A DNA stretch of 59,840 bases, counting the filler, from Jimgerdemannia flammicorona (lineage: Eukaryota): the NCBI GenBank assembly GCA_003990765.1. It is 3 parts of 3 records of this genome, joined end to end, with 100 filler letters (N's around TTAATTAATTAA, not from the genome) between each part and the next. Parts side by side here need not be neighbours in the genome. Positions count along the whole stretch, not along the records: positions 1 to 19,882 come from RBNJ01001813.1; 2 more parts are not named here. One strand, written 5' to 3'. The stretch's first letter is position 1. Every line of letters starts with the position of its first letter. The notes beneath the pieces were generated by a model. The model searched no databases, was not told the DNA's origin, and worked only from the letters and a program-made list of their open reading frames with translations. The position numbers and the translations under genes are program-made. Below, in pieces: positions 1 to 13,600 of the stretch.

Positions 1-248
1 CATTGCTTTGAAGACCAAGCATCTTTTAAGAGGCCACATCAAATTAGCGTGTGGAAAGTGTACAAAAAACGACGGACACAATTAAACTGTGCAAAACGAA
101 TAGGACACCTTGAAGCCAGTACTGCCCGGCACGCGCCCAGTTCCACACCTTCGGCGCAGACGATGGTCACATCATGGTAGGTTGAGTCCTTCCAGATGGA
201 GGCGATATCGCCCTTGAGACTAAACCCACTATCGGATTGCTTAGCCAT
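1..248 (-). CDS. BTB/POZ-domain protein, 5' part (exon 1 248-109, intron 108-23, exon 2 from 22 running off the window)
   Basis: Exon 1 encodes ..STYHDVTIVCAEGVELGACRAVLAS, a BTB N-terminal motif. Splicing GT(108)..GCTAAT branch..AG(23) gives LASR-CLVFKAM, matching the BTB consensus LAARSxxFxxM. CpGs are retained. Confidence 0.8.
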
Positions 249-400
249 GTTTATAAGAAAGAGAGAAATAAAAGTTTGGTTGGGATGGGTGTGAAAATAA
301 GAGGTTAACTGCGGAAAGACCGATATCTAAATCGTGGCGCAGCGTTGATAAGGTTGGTCAAATGGCAGTCCCACTTCCCACTTCCCACTTACGTCATGAC

Positions 401-1360
401 TAGTGCTCCTAACAAGTCAATTTAATCCGGATTGGATTCGGATTGATTCGGATTGAATCCCATCCTAATCAACTCCGATGGGATTCAAATCAACCATTGT
501 TTTGATTTCCAAATTAGATAATTAAATGTTTACATCAATAACTCAATGAATAATCATCCAAATTTGATGATCTTGGTGTCATTTGAAAGCCCTTAATAAG
601 GCCTATCTAATGATACCAAGAACATTGAAATCATATCATGCGTTGCTGAGTTATGAAGGAAACCGTCTGAATCGCCGATTTTGGAAATTCTTCGATTTGC
701 CAATTTTGGAAATTTCGTCAAATAGAACGTTTTCCGTAATATTTCGGCAACGTGTAATCCGATTTTAATGTTTTTGATATCATTAGAAAGGCCTTATTAA
801 GGGCTTTCAAATGACACCAAGATCATCAAATTTGGATGATTATTCATCGAGTTATTGATGTAAACATTTAATTGTCCAATTTGGAAATCAAAACAATGGT
901 TGATTCGAATCCAATCCGAATCGCCAGCGGGTGTAGGGGGCCGCTGGGAGGACTTGAGGTCTCGGCTGGTGGGGGGGGTGGGCGATAGTTGGATTACTGT
1001 AGGGTGGGTGTTGGCAATATGGGTGGGGATGGCGGGACATTGGCTTTTTGTATTTGAGGAGGGGCAGCAGGTGGGGTGCCAGGAGAAGGTATTACGGTGG
1101 GAGGAGCTGTTGGGAGATCTTTTGAATGGATGGTGGGTGGGCTGGGGTCCTCAGGGTGGACGCCGGCGCAGTTTGGTGGCGAGGATCTGTGAGCAAAGTG
1201 AAGGAAGGGTGGGAATGGTATTAGATAAGGTGGTCTTTCATAGAGAAGGAGTAGGGGGGGAGGGGGCCCCTAGGGGGATCGGATAGGGGGTGGGATTACT
1301 GTAATTATATGGGATAGATGGGTGTAATAAAGGAAGGGAGTCCAAGTGACTATAAAAAAG

Positions 1361-1391
<31 letters not shown>

Positions 1392-1471
1392 AAATAAATC
1401 CAATCCGAATCGATCTGAATGGGATTTGAATCCATCTGAATTCCATCCAGATTGACTCGTTCGGAGCACTA
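401..1471. mobile_element. non-autonomous hAT-like MITE/foldback element (about 580 bp without the LINE insert)
   Basis: TIRs TAGTGCTCCTAACAAGTCAAT (401-) and ATTGACTCGTTCGGAGCACTA (-1471). 8-bp flanks GTCATGAC (393-400) and GTCATGAT (1472-1479). Long internal inverted arms at about 482-631 and 761-912, with GATT(C/G) subterminal repeats. Confidence 0.85.
924..1396 (+). mobile_element. 5'-truncated LINE (L1/Tx1-like) 3' end with poly(A)
   Basis: Ends AATAAA..CCAAGTGACTAT-poly(A). 16-bp TSD AATCCAATCCGAATCG at 908-923 and 1397-1412. Similar to the copies at 3813 and 5523. Confidence 0.9.
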
Positions 1472-3812
1472 GTCATGATATCACTCTCACAGCTCTCACC
1501 AGTATCTGTTCACCCATAGCTGCTGATGCTAAGAAATATTGGAAAAAGAGTAATCTAGAGAATTTTCAAAAGTTGAAAGTATTCCAAAATATCCGAAATA
1601 TCTACTCACAGATGAGGGATATGTAATATATATCTATAAGAAATATAATATAAAATATAAATATATATAAATTGTAATAATTCATTATATAGCAATAAGT
1701 CACTGGAAATTCCAATGGAAACTCCAATAAAATTTCCAATGCAGTAGTTAGAGATACTATATATAGCATAACTATATATAAATATATCTAGTATACTATA
1801 GTTCCAAATTAGATAAATATCCTCTATACTAAATATATTATAATCTTAGCTCTGCTTTCTCTAAATATAAGAATAAAAAGCAGTATTCTATCTAGAACTC
1901 TCAGACCTAACTGATTAATGATTCTAAGTCTGATCTACTTAGGATATAAGTATGGTATCTCTATTAGTATAAAAATCTGAAAGTAATACTTAAACTCTCC
2001 TCTATAATAGATAGAAAGAGCTTACTCAATAACAGATATTTGGAACTTAGCACTTTCTTATAGAACTCAGAACTTAGGGCTCATACATAGTTATCTTTAT
2101 TACATATCTGTAATATATTAATTCTATCAGAATATAGTTTTATTATAATTTAATAGTAGTAAAAGTTGACTCTAAATATAAATAACTCTATAGAGAATCT
2201 AGTCAATATCAAGTGATAATTAAAGAATATCTACACTCTAGCAACTCTCTAGAACAAAGCTAAAAAGATGAATAGAATTATCACTAAGTTGACTAAAATC
2301 TATATCTGCTAAGAAGATTTGACAAACTCAATAACAAAACTATCTAAAAAGTATTTGACACATTTATCATACTTAATAAAGAAGTCACCTATACTCTAAG
2401 AGTTAGAGAGAAATTTAAAAGATTAATTAGTAGTTATTTCTATAAAAAATATATAAGAGAATTCATCAAAGCTATAAGTAAATATTTTCTAAATTTTCTC
2501 TCTAATGATTACTACTATAAAGCCAAGACCTTTCGGAACTATAAAAAATATTCTACCAACTAAAGGAAATTTCACCTCTACTACTAAGTTCTTTATATAC
2601 AAGTAAAGACAATTTAATAATAAAGATTACAAACTACTAAACTCAGTAAAACTCCTACTATTTATTTTAATCTAGAAGAAATACCTGAGCCAGATACTAG
2701 TGACCTCAGTATAGTTATAAACCCACTATCAAGAATATTAAGTTTAATAAAAATTATTATAGAAAACCTGGCAATAACTCAATCAAGACTACTAATCTAT
2801 AGACTAATTACTAAATTCATCTATCTTAGTAATATATATTATAAAAGAAACAACTATATATCATACTACTCTTAAAGCAATAGTATCTAAAGAAAGACCA
2901 CTACTATCTCACCATATAGACAATAAGAGTAGTAGAATAATATTAGTAAATAAAAAGATAGCTATCTTAGCTAATCAAGTAGCTATACTTATCTAAACCC
3001 TTTATCTCAGCATTGAGACAAACAAGCTCATGAAAGGTCTCTAACTTACACTATTCAAATATAAAGCAGACTAAGTAATAGCATTTATTAGATAAGTAGA
3101 TACTAATTCTTATAATAATAGATAGAACTTAGATAGTACTCTCATTAATAATAAGTACTATAAGATTAAAGATCTCTATATAATTGTAGACTTATAAGTA
3201 GAAAAAGTTTACAAATATAGCTACTTATTAGTGGTACAATCTCTCAGTATACTCTCTCATCTGGAAAACTCATACAGAAATTGATATAAGTAAGAGAGAT
3301 AATGATCACTCTGACTATAATATCTATGTAGCTACTATAGAACTAAAGGAGCTGATCATCAAGCAGTTTTACAGCTCTGCCTATAATACTAAAACCAGAA
3401 TTAAGCTCAAGAATCTTTAATTTTACAATGATAGAAAAGAAGATATAGAGACATTTGTAACAAGATTAGAAACTCTTCTGAATACTATAGAAGTAGAGTA
3501 TAGCTAATAAAAATAGACTATAAATTGATCCAGAGTAGTATACTTCTTTAATGCAATCTCTGGATAGTTATTAGAAAGTTTATAAATAAGGATGATTCTA
3601 TAACTATCCATATGAGCATTAGTACTTAAAATAAGCTATTACTAGAGTATATACTATCTTAGTAGTCTAAAGACTAAGAGATAACAAAAACAACAAACAA
3701 TAATTCAAGAAGAAATATAAATCTTAAAATAACTCTCAGAAATTATAAGAAGGATATAAGAGACTATCTGATAAGAGATTTAAAGAACTCAAGAAGAAAG
3801 GAGTATGTTTTT

Positions 3813-4874
3813 TGTGGAACTGCAGGGTGGAGGTTGGGTGCCTCTGCTGCAGAAGGTTTGAGAGATGTGAACATCCCTCCAAGGGTCCTCTGGCGATCTG
3901 CTCTCTTTGGTGGGGCTGAATGGAGTTCGGAGGCTGCGGTTCAAGGGCTTTTGGTGGGGAGTGGCCAATGGAGCATACCGAATTGGCCTGCGATGGCAAG
4001 GTAATGAGAGGGAGGCGGCGTGGGGGCCTAATATGTGGTGTTGGGATAGACTGCTCCTGGGGGGTACTCCACTGGCTGCATTTGATATTGGGGAGGGAGT
4101 GGAGTGTCAGCGGGGGCTTGGCCAGGACCTTTGGTCAAGTAGCTGACAGGTGGTTGGAATTGGAGAGGAGTGGGACTGGGCAGGCATCTGGTCTTGGAGT
4201 GCTGAGGTGTGAAGGTGGCTTCCTCCCAAGTTCTGGGTGGTATGGTGGTGAATGTTGCGGAGAAATGTCATGCTGAATTTCTGCTCAGGGTATTTAGTAG
4301 AGGGTGGACAATTTGACTGCGAGGAGTGTTATGGTATTGGGCAGGCTGGGGGTCATGTACAGATGCAGGAACATTGACTGGGAGAGTGTGTGGTCTTGGG
4401 GGAATTTTGGGCTAAGATAGGGAATAGACTGGGTGTGGGGTATCAGTGGGTGGGGGAGGGGGGTCGCTGGGAGGACTTAAGATCTCGGCTTGTAGGTGGG
4501 GTGGGAGATAGTTGGCTCACTGTAGGATGGGTATTAGCAGTATGAGTGGGACTGGTGGGCTATTGGTTTTTTGTATTTGAAGAGGGGCAGTGGTTGGGGC
4601 TGCATGAGAAGGTATTAAGGTGGGAGGAGCTGGTGGGGGATCTGCTGACCGGATGGTGGGTGGGTTGGGGTCCTCAGGGAGGATGATGTCGCAGTTTGGT
4701 GATGAAGATCTGTGAGCAGAGTGGTGGGAGGGTGGGGATAGTATTCGATAAAGTGGTCTTTCACAGGGAAGGGGTAGGGGGGGAGGGCCCCCCTAGGGGG
4801 ATTAGATAGGGGGTGGGATCGTTGTAATTATATGGGATAGATGGGTATTAATAAAGGATGGGAGTCCAAGCGAC

Positions 4875-4936
<62 letters not shown>
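3813..4936 (+). mobile_element. 5'-truncated LINE (L1/Tx1-like)
   Basis: Poly(A) at 4878-4939. TSD AAAGGAGTATGTTTTT at 3797-3812 and 4937-4952. ORF2 C-terminal Cys/His motif (C..C....ET.EHWL.EC-like). Confidence 0.9.
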
Positions 4937-4941
<5 letters not shown>

Positions 4942-5069
4942 AGTATGTTTTTACTATAAGAAGATTAGACATATATTCTATAAATACTCTGATAAGAAGA
5001 CCAATATGAATAAGGAATTATCCTCCTCACATATTATAATAGGAGATAACCTCAAAGGAACTCTTAAGA

Positions 5070-5490
5070 AGATTAAGATCAAGAGATTCTACATCACTGC
5101 AAAAATTTCAAATAAAGTACATATATCTGATACTGGCTAAAATCTCTACTCAAGTATAAAATAATTATTAAATCAGACAAGTAAACAACTATCAGTACAG
5201 GTATTGAAATGGAAGTTCTTAAAGAAACTTATATCTATCTTATAGAAAGAAGTAGTCTGACTAAAAAAGAGAGACTCTGTATAGCTAGAGGAGTTATTGA
5301 TTAAGGATTTAAAAGCAAAATCAAGATTCTGCTACACAATAATAGACAGAAGTCAGTCAAAATTATATATGAAAAATAAATTACTCAAGCCATCATTAAG
5401 ATAATATATAATGATCTTGAAGTAGAAGAAACAAATAAGCTATCACTCTCTAATAGAGAAGAAAAAACTTTTGAATTATTAAAAAAGTAC
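5070..5490 (+). pseudogene. retrotransposon dUTPase remnant (Gypsy copy 1)
   Basis: Decayed dUTPase motifs in order: SDTG*NLYS (AGxDL), STGIEMEV, RSSL, RGVID*GF, ITQAI (IAQ), REEKTFELL (RGxxGFGSS). Confidence 0.8.
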
Positions 5491-5522
5491 TCTGTCAAAG
5501 TCAAAGAGAAGAGTAAGGTATA

Positions 5523-6256
5523 AGTGGTTGGCAGGTAGTCAGGATCAGCAAGGAGTGGGACTGGGCAGGTATCTGGTCTTGGAGTGCTGAGGTATGGTGG
5601 TGGCTTCCCCCCAAGTTCTGGGTAGTGTGGTGGTGAATGCTGCGAAGGAATATCATGTTGAATTTCCACACTGGGCATCTGGTGGATGGTGGCTGTTTTG
5701 ACTATAAGGAGTGTTACAATGTAGGGCAAGCTGGGGGTTTGGTACAGATACTGGAACATTGGCTGGGGGAGTGTGAGGTTTTGGGGGACTTTTGGATTGA
5801 AATAGAGAATAGACTGGGTATAGAGTGCAGGTCAGTGAATGAAGGGGACCACTGGGAGGACTTGAGATCTTGGCTGGTGGGGGGGGTGGGTGATAGTTGG
5901 CTCACTGTCAGGTGGATGTTAGCAGTTTAGATGGGTCTGGCAGGATATTGGCTATTTGTGTTTGAGGAGGGGTAGTAGATGAGCCTACAGGAGAAGGTTG
6001 TGAGGTGGGAGAAGCTGTTGGGGGATCTGTTGACTGGATGGTAGATTGGTTGGAGTCCTTCAGGGCAGTGGCAGCATGGTTTGGTAACAAGGATATGTGA
6101 ACAGAGTGGTGGAAGGGTTGGAATTATATTCAATAGAGTAGTATTTCATCAAGTAGGGGTAGAGGAGAGGGACCCCTCTAGGGGGATTGGATAGGGGGTG
6201 GGTTCATTGTATTTATATAGAATAGATGGGTGTAATAAAGGACAAGTCCAAGTGAC

Positions 6257-6305
<49 letters not shown>
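5523..6305 (+). mobile_element. 5'-truncated LINE (L1/Tx1-like)
   Basis: Poly(A) at about 6260-6308. 20-bp TSD AAAGAGAAGAGYAAGGTATA at 5503-5522 and 6306-6325. Confidence 0.9.
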
Positions 6306-6313
<8 letters not shown>

Positions 6314-6559
6314 GAGCAAGGTATAGAATATCATTTATATTGAAGGACCTCAGGATTGAGACTAAAAATAGTACTAATATATTGTAGATAGATATATTCC
6401 AATCAGATTATATTCTTATAGAATCAGAATATACTACTTTAAGTATATAAGTAAATATATTATATATATATGTATTCTCAAATCTAAGAAATATAAGCTA
6501 ACTATCTCTGAATAATAGAATGAAGCTATTAAGAATATTGATTATGAATATAGAGAAGT

Positions 6560-6708
6560 CAGAGAGAGGATGAGGAGGAAAGAGTGAGTATTGAGATAGA
6601 GTAGAGAGGGGTTGGGTGAGACTACTAGTGTGGTATAAAGACTATATATATATTATAAATTAGTTAATAAATAGGCCTAGTACTTATTGAAAAAGAAAAA
6701 AATAAATA
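6560..6708 (+). mobile_element. short poly(A) retroposon fragment with a different 3' end from the other LINE copies
   Basis: 13-bp TSD AATATAGAGAAGT at 6547-6559 and 6709-6721, plus AATAAA and an A-rich tail. Removing it restores the Gypsy reading frame into the protease. Confidence 0.7.
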
Positions 6709-7669
6709 AATATAGAGAAGTACAATATTGGAAATAAGAAGCTATTTTAGAAATAATTACTATCTAGTAAGAAGAAAATTCTAAATATATCTGTCTATAA
6801 TGAAAAATTAATAGAAATTCTATTGAAATTCTTATCAATAGTAGAGTAAGTAAGTATTATCTTGACAAAGAAATAGCTGACAAATTCAACCCCAAAAATA
6901 CAAAGAATCCAGCAGGTAATATTGCTATATTCAGTAATAGAACAACTTAGAAACTCTCCAAAATCTGTAAGAATACACTCTTATAACTCAGAGAATATGC
7001 TATAAGATTGACCTTTTACATTATATATCTTCCAGAACATAATCTTATATATGAAAAATTCTGACTTATATAGAAGAATTTCCACTTGACTGATGAATCT
7101 ATATAATCTCTCTAGGATATATTAAGCTATAGTCAGAACAGACTAAAAAGAAAACAAAACCCAAGTGTGATATTATTTCCACTATTCAAATGGAAAAGCT
7201 AATTTAGAAACCAGAGTAATATATCTATATATATATATATTGTCAAGAAATTACCAATAAATAGTAATGTTGATAATAATTTCTCTAAGTTACTAAATAA
7301 TAAAGATGATGAGAAAGACAACCTTCAAGAATTACTCAAGGAATATAAAAATGTTTTTTAAGAATCTTAAGGACTATTATCTATCTGAGTAGTAGAATAT
7401 ATATATTATTAAAATCATTTTTAGATCAGATCCTCTCTATTATGAAATCTCTCTACTAGTTCAGCCTGAGCTAGAAACTCTCAAGAAATAGCTAGCAGAC
7501 CTTTCAAACAAAGGCCTCATCTATCTATTAAAATTACTATATAGTATATTAATTCTTTTTATCTATAAGAAGGATGAAAGTATTCATATATATTAACTAC
7601 TGAGTACCTAACTAAATCTCTTTCAAGAATTAATATGCAATCTTACAAATTGAATAACTACTTGACTAA

Positions 7670-10600
7670 TATATATATATATATTTATAGTCACTTGAAC
7701 TTCTACTTTATTATCATCTAATATATATTATACTAATACAAATACAAATATATCTCTTACTTAATACTACTAGAGGCTTCTCCCCCCCATCTTCTCATCT
7801 CTCTGAAAAGTCACCATTCCCTCAGCTATTCCAATTCTCTCTCTACTCTGCCTATACATTTTCTCTATAAGTCTTCTATGAGACCCCTCTCAAGATCCCC
7901 ACTCTTCCACTAGCTATTCAAAAGGTCCAACATCAGCTACTCTTACCTCATAACCCACAATCCAAGTACTAACTACTGATTATCCTCAAATACATATAGC
8001 CAATATCTAGTAAGCTTAACCCAAATAGTCAGTACTTACTCAATAGTTAACCACTCATTATCAACCCCTCTCACCAGTCTTCTCTGAAGATCTCCCTACC
8101 TCTCTCCCACTATATATTCTGATAGGCAGACTCCTAAAAGACTCTTTATTGCCCTCTAAAGTCTTCCATTATCTTATACTCTCCCAGTCAATGCTCAGAA
8201 GTCTGCACCACTCCACTCTCCTGTCTGTTGTTGAGACACTCCTTATACTCCAATACTCTCTCTTTTACTAAATATCCTGACTGATAGTTCAATATCACAT
8301 TTTATCACAAAAGCCTCTACAATATTACCCAGAACTTAGGGGAGATCTACTATACTATCTACTTGCTCTATGACTAAATACTATTCCAGACCCACTTCTT
8401 ATCAATCCCCACTCCTTGTCATGCTATAGACCATAGGTCTTACCTATACTCCTGAAGACACTCTATACTATCCTCCAAGCTGAAGTCATCTACCAGTATA
8501 TCCTCCAACAGAAGACAGTCCTACCTTTATATTCTGGGTCTCCAGGTATCCTCTCTCTCATCACTCTACCATCTGATGTCAATCTGTTGAGCTCTATTAA
8601 TAACTCCCTATCAGAATCCCTTATAATATATCTTCAGCTCCTCTCTAGAACTACCAGAGAAGACAGATAACCAGATATATCATGGAGAGAGAACTATATC
8701 TTCCATACTCTCTGCATAAGAAGCATCCACTCACAGCCCCTCAACTCATTAGCTCACTTCAACCACTATGCTCTTAAGTAATATAGATACTTGGTAAAGT
8801 CTACCAGACCTAGTTCCCTTCAGTCTACTGATAATATCACTATCTCTTAGCCAATCTGACTCTTCTGCCCTACTCATATCCAAGATCTGGCTATCTTCAA
8901 CAGCCTCTTGACCACCTATGCCAGAAAGTCCAAGTATTACCCCAGATATCACAACTTGGGCAGCCAGTATACATTCAGTACTATTACTCTTCTAGCTAGA
9001 AAGATATATCAGCCACTCTACTCCAGAAGACTATTCCCCCACTCAATCAACTACTGCTCCCACTATTCTTGAAGCAGCAGAGACCTATATACTGAGAAGT
9101 AGATTCTCAGATAATGGACTGTCTCTTCTGCTGGAACAACTACTCTAATCATATCCTTCTCTACTATTTCTCCTCCTAACACTAGAGTCTCTTTTTTTTA
9201 TTTTTATTTTTATTTTTTTTTTTTTATAGTTGTTTAGACTTCTCTTTATTACTGCTGTCTATAATAATAATAATACAATATCACCCCATCCCCTCAACCA
9301 ATATTCCTTGGATCCACTCCTCCTCTCTCTATACCCCCCTGCTGGAGGACAACCCAGTCGCCCACCACCTGAATTCTCCTGCTACTTTTCCAGGAGATAC
9401 ACTGTACCAAACCCCTGTGACTCCCCCCACCTGGCCCCCACCCTTGCCACCAGCCATTCAAAATATCCAGTAATAACCATTCTCAACATACCACCCTATC
9501 TCCAACCCCAACCTGCTGGCCCTCCTCAAATACATGTACCCAATGCTCAGCCATCCCAACCCATATGGCCAGAGCCCAACTGAGGGTCAGCCATTCATTC
9601 CTAATCCCTCTGACCAGCCTTTGGCAGAGCTCTCCCCATCTTCCCTCTTCCCCACCCTCCAGGGCTCACAGTCCTAACCAGTCTGTGATACACCACCAAA
9701 ACACCCCCAAAATATCACACTCACCAAGCCAGTATTCAGGCATTTGTAACACTCCCCCTTTCTGTCCAACATCAAAACATTCCTTATACTCAAATGTGCC
9801 ACTGACCACCAAGTACCCAGACTGATAGTTCAATATCACATTCTGCCATAGAACTCACCACTATACCATCCAGAACTTGGGGGATAGCCACTGCATCACC
9901 TGCTTGCTCCAAAGCCAGAAACCATTCCAGTCCTACTCCTTGTCAATCCCAACCTCTGCCAGACTTCAGGCCAAAGGTCCCCACCTAAGCCCCACAAATA
10001 CTCCATTCCATCACTAAGCTAGAAGTCCTCCACCAAAACACTACCCAGTAGTAGCCTGTCTCATTACTATATCTGTAGTCCCCAATTCTCCTCTCCTTCA
10101 TCACTCTGCCACCAAAGTCCAATTCTCGTAGCACTATCTACCACCCTCCACCAAAAGTCCGTATATAGCATTCTCTTGCTCCCATCTATGGCCACCATCA
10201 CAAGCAGATTGCCAGAAGCTTCACAAGGGGAATACCAGACCTCTCGCACTCTCTGCATAAGTGGTACCCACTCCTGACCCCTCAGCTCACTCACCCTCCT
10301 CAGCCACCAGGCTCTCAAGCAATGAAGCCATTTGGTAAAGTCTACCAAATCCAACCTGCCTCTTTCCACTGATAGGGTAAGAATCTCCCAACCTATCTGA
10401 CTCTGCTGCCCTCCCCAAATCTATGATCTCGCCATCTTCAACAGTCTCCTGATCACTCAAGCTGGGAAATCCAGATAATACCCCACATACCACAGCTTCA
10501 GTAGCCAATATACATTCAGCACCATCACTCTTCCTGCCAAGGATATATGTCAACCACCCCATCACAGCAGTACTTTTCTCTACTCCAGAAGTTGTTGATC

Positions 10601-13600
10601 CCACCAAGTGCAGGGGAGCAGTGATCCAAACACCAAGAAGTAGATTCCCAAGTAACAAACTGACTCTCTTACTGGCACCACTGTCTCAATTATATTACTA
10701 CCAATGATTCCACCACCTAGCACCAGAGTCTTGCATTTGTGCTAATTGAGTTTAGCATCAGAGCTCCTCTCATACCATTCAACAGACCTTTGTAATTCCC
10801 CCACATCAGCCAATGAGCTCAGTCTAACCACCATGTCATCTACAAAGGCTCCCACCTTCCAATTTATCCCTAGAATATCCAAACCCCCAATTTGATGCCA
10901 GATTCTATCCAGTAGGGGCTCCAGGGAGAGGGCATATAAGATGGGTGACAAAGGGTCACCTTGTGGCACCCTATGACTAAGAGGAAAGGTTACACCCCTG
11001 TGGCTATTGATGATCAATATAGCCTGACTGTTTTCCAAAAGACTGATCAACAACCTGCAGAACCCTGGGGGAACACCAACCCATTTCTACACTCCCTCTA
11101 ACCAGATCCTCCTCACTCTATCATACACCTTCTCCTGATCCAAAAACACCAATCTGCCATCTACTCCTGCAGTCCAGGCCCCTTCAATCACACTATGTAT
11201 CCAAGCCATCCCATCATAGATCAACCTGTCACTGACAAATCCTTGTTGCTCCACACCAAGCACTTGCTGAGCGATTCTCTGCAGCCTCATCACCAATATC
11301 TTTATCACCAGTTTGTGGTCCATGTCAAGTAGCATGATTGGCCACCAGTTCTTCCAATCTTCCTGTCTCTTCTTATATTTATAGAGCAAGACCAGCCCTA
11401 GGCACTGGTCCCCAATCCAAGTTCCAGACTGAAAAACCTCACCACATATATATATATGTCATTTCCTCCAGTACCTTGCCCACTCCAGCCATCTTCTTCC
11501 AAAAATCCCAGGGCAGTCCATCCTCCTCTGGAGCCATCCCCTTACTTATCATAGCCAAAACCATGCAAATTTCCTCTCTCCTCACTGGATCCCCCAGAGT
11601 CCCCAGGCCCATTGCAGGGTCTGGATGCCACTTCTCTAGCTGCCTCTCAATGTTCAAAGCATCCTCCCCCTCTTCCTCCTCACTCCACAGATCCTCCCAA
11701 TGGATCCACAGTAATCTCAGAATTGCCAGAGTCCCCACCACCATCTCTCCATCCACATCCAGGACCCCATCTCACTGCTGCTTCATTCTCCATACTTGTA
11801 ACATCTGCGATAAAACCTAGTAGGTCTCTCTCCCTCCTCAAGCCCCTGCCACCTCAGCCATACCACCATCCCCTTCAGCCTAACCTCTTCCTCCCTTCAT
11901 AATACTTCCTTAAGCTCCTCAACTTCCTTCTGGATTCTCACAATATGCCAGTTGGTCACCTCCCAGTCTTCTAGCACCCCTGCCCATCTCCCCATGAGTA
12001 CTGCCAATTGCTGCGAGGCCCATAGCACCCTCTGCTACTGTTGGGCACACCTTCCTTTTCCTGCTTCCCTCCAGTACCCCTGAGCACTTGCTTTCAGCCT
12101 CCTCCAGCAGTCTCCAATCACCAGGCCCTGGTCCCACCACCTCCCAATATTCCCAATAACCTCCTTTTCCCAGTCTGCCCATAAAACCCCATCCTTCAAC
12201 AAAGAAGAATTTAGTCACCAATGTCCAGGCCCTTCCCCACTTCCCCCAAACCTCCCCCCTCCTAACAGACCCCAGTGATCTGACTACAGATACCAAACCA
12301 CCTCCAGCATTGTCCAGACATCTACTCTCCAGCATTTTGCCATCAATATCCAGTCAATCCTTGAGCCCAGCCCTGCCACTCAGTGAGTATAAATTCAACA
12401 ATCATCCCAAAACCATCTCCCTGAATCAACCAAAGAACTAAGCCTCTCCATCTTCAACCAGTCATCCAACCCACTATTGCTACTCCTCATTCCTCTCCCT
12501 CCATCTGTCTTGTCCATCCCCTTATCCTATACTATGTTGAAGTCACTCCCCAGACAATCAAACCCAACCTCCCCCAAGATACTGGTCTCTTTCAAACTTC
12601 AAATCCAATCCACCTATTCCCCTCTCTCTGCTGGGCAGTAACACAACCCAACTGTCAATGGGCTCCATCCTGGCCTCTTCCACACTCCTCACACCAACTA
12701 AGTCCCCCAATGTCCAATGTCCCCAATGTCCCCCAACCCCTTTGGAACAAGGATACCCACCCTCCCCATCCACACCCCCATTCCTTAGTCCAATTCTGTA
12801 AGTCCACATCTACCTCATAATGGACATCCTACAGTAAGAAGAGATCTGTATCTAGTCCCTATAGCCATCCAAATATGTACTTCCTCCTAGCTGCCTCCCA
12901 TAACCCATTCATGTTCAAAGAGAATATTCTAGTTGTACTGTTTATATTGAAAAATGTTTGAATTTGAGATTCCAGCCTAGTATTTCATGCTCATCTCATC
13001 CCTAGCCAGATCTAAGCACTGCTCTGCTTCCAATTCACCCTCTGCAACAGTCTGAGCATCCAATGCCTCCAAGATTTCTTGACATTCCACCCCATCCACC
13101 ACCTCCATCTCTGACTGATAGTCTGTGCAGACCACTCTCCACTTCTCCAATCTCTTCCTCGAGCCCCACAAGTATGCTGCCCAGTCATTCACAATCCCTC
13201 TAAGCTCCTCCTCCCTCTGATCATTGACTTGATATTCAACTGATTCCAAGAGAACTGCTAGGATCTCATTCCTCACCTTCCTCAGTACCTCCTCACCCCA
13301 AAGGATTTTCTCCCAATGCCTCTCTTCTATAACCCAGAAGTCCTCTCCCCCCAGCTCCTCTGCTGCCACCTCTTCCAGAGTCTTCCACAGCCACTTCTCC
13401 TCATTCACAATCTCTGTCATATTCTGGGCAACCTGACCACCCCCCACCTCTGGGTCCACTAAAGCGCTCCTCCTTACTGACTCATCCCACTCATTATCCA
13501 GTATATCCAGTAACTCCTCCTCCCCCTCTGCCCCACCCAGGACACTATACTGAGAGTGTACTCCTTCATTCATTTCTGCATCTGCCTCCACACTGCCTTC

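Noticed and set aside
23..108. ORF-track tail ..CPIRFAQFNCVRRFLYTFHTLI
   Set aside because: Read-through into an intron. Splicing restores the BTB consensus.
1238..1476. Poly-Phe ORFs (also 6149-6334; poly-Lys at 55562-55753)
   Set aside because: Translations of poly(A)/poly(T) tails.
6330..6400. IIYIEGP ... IVDRY after the dUTPase, suggesting a dUTPase-thymidylate kinase fusion
   Set aside because: There is no GxGK(S/T), and the two motifs are far too close together. DRY aligns to EGY of the CPHG module in the other Gypsy, so the Arg is a G>A-decayed Gly.
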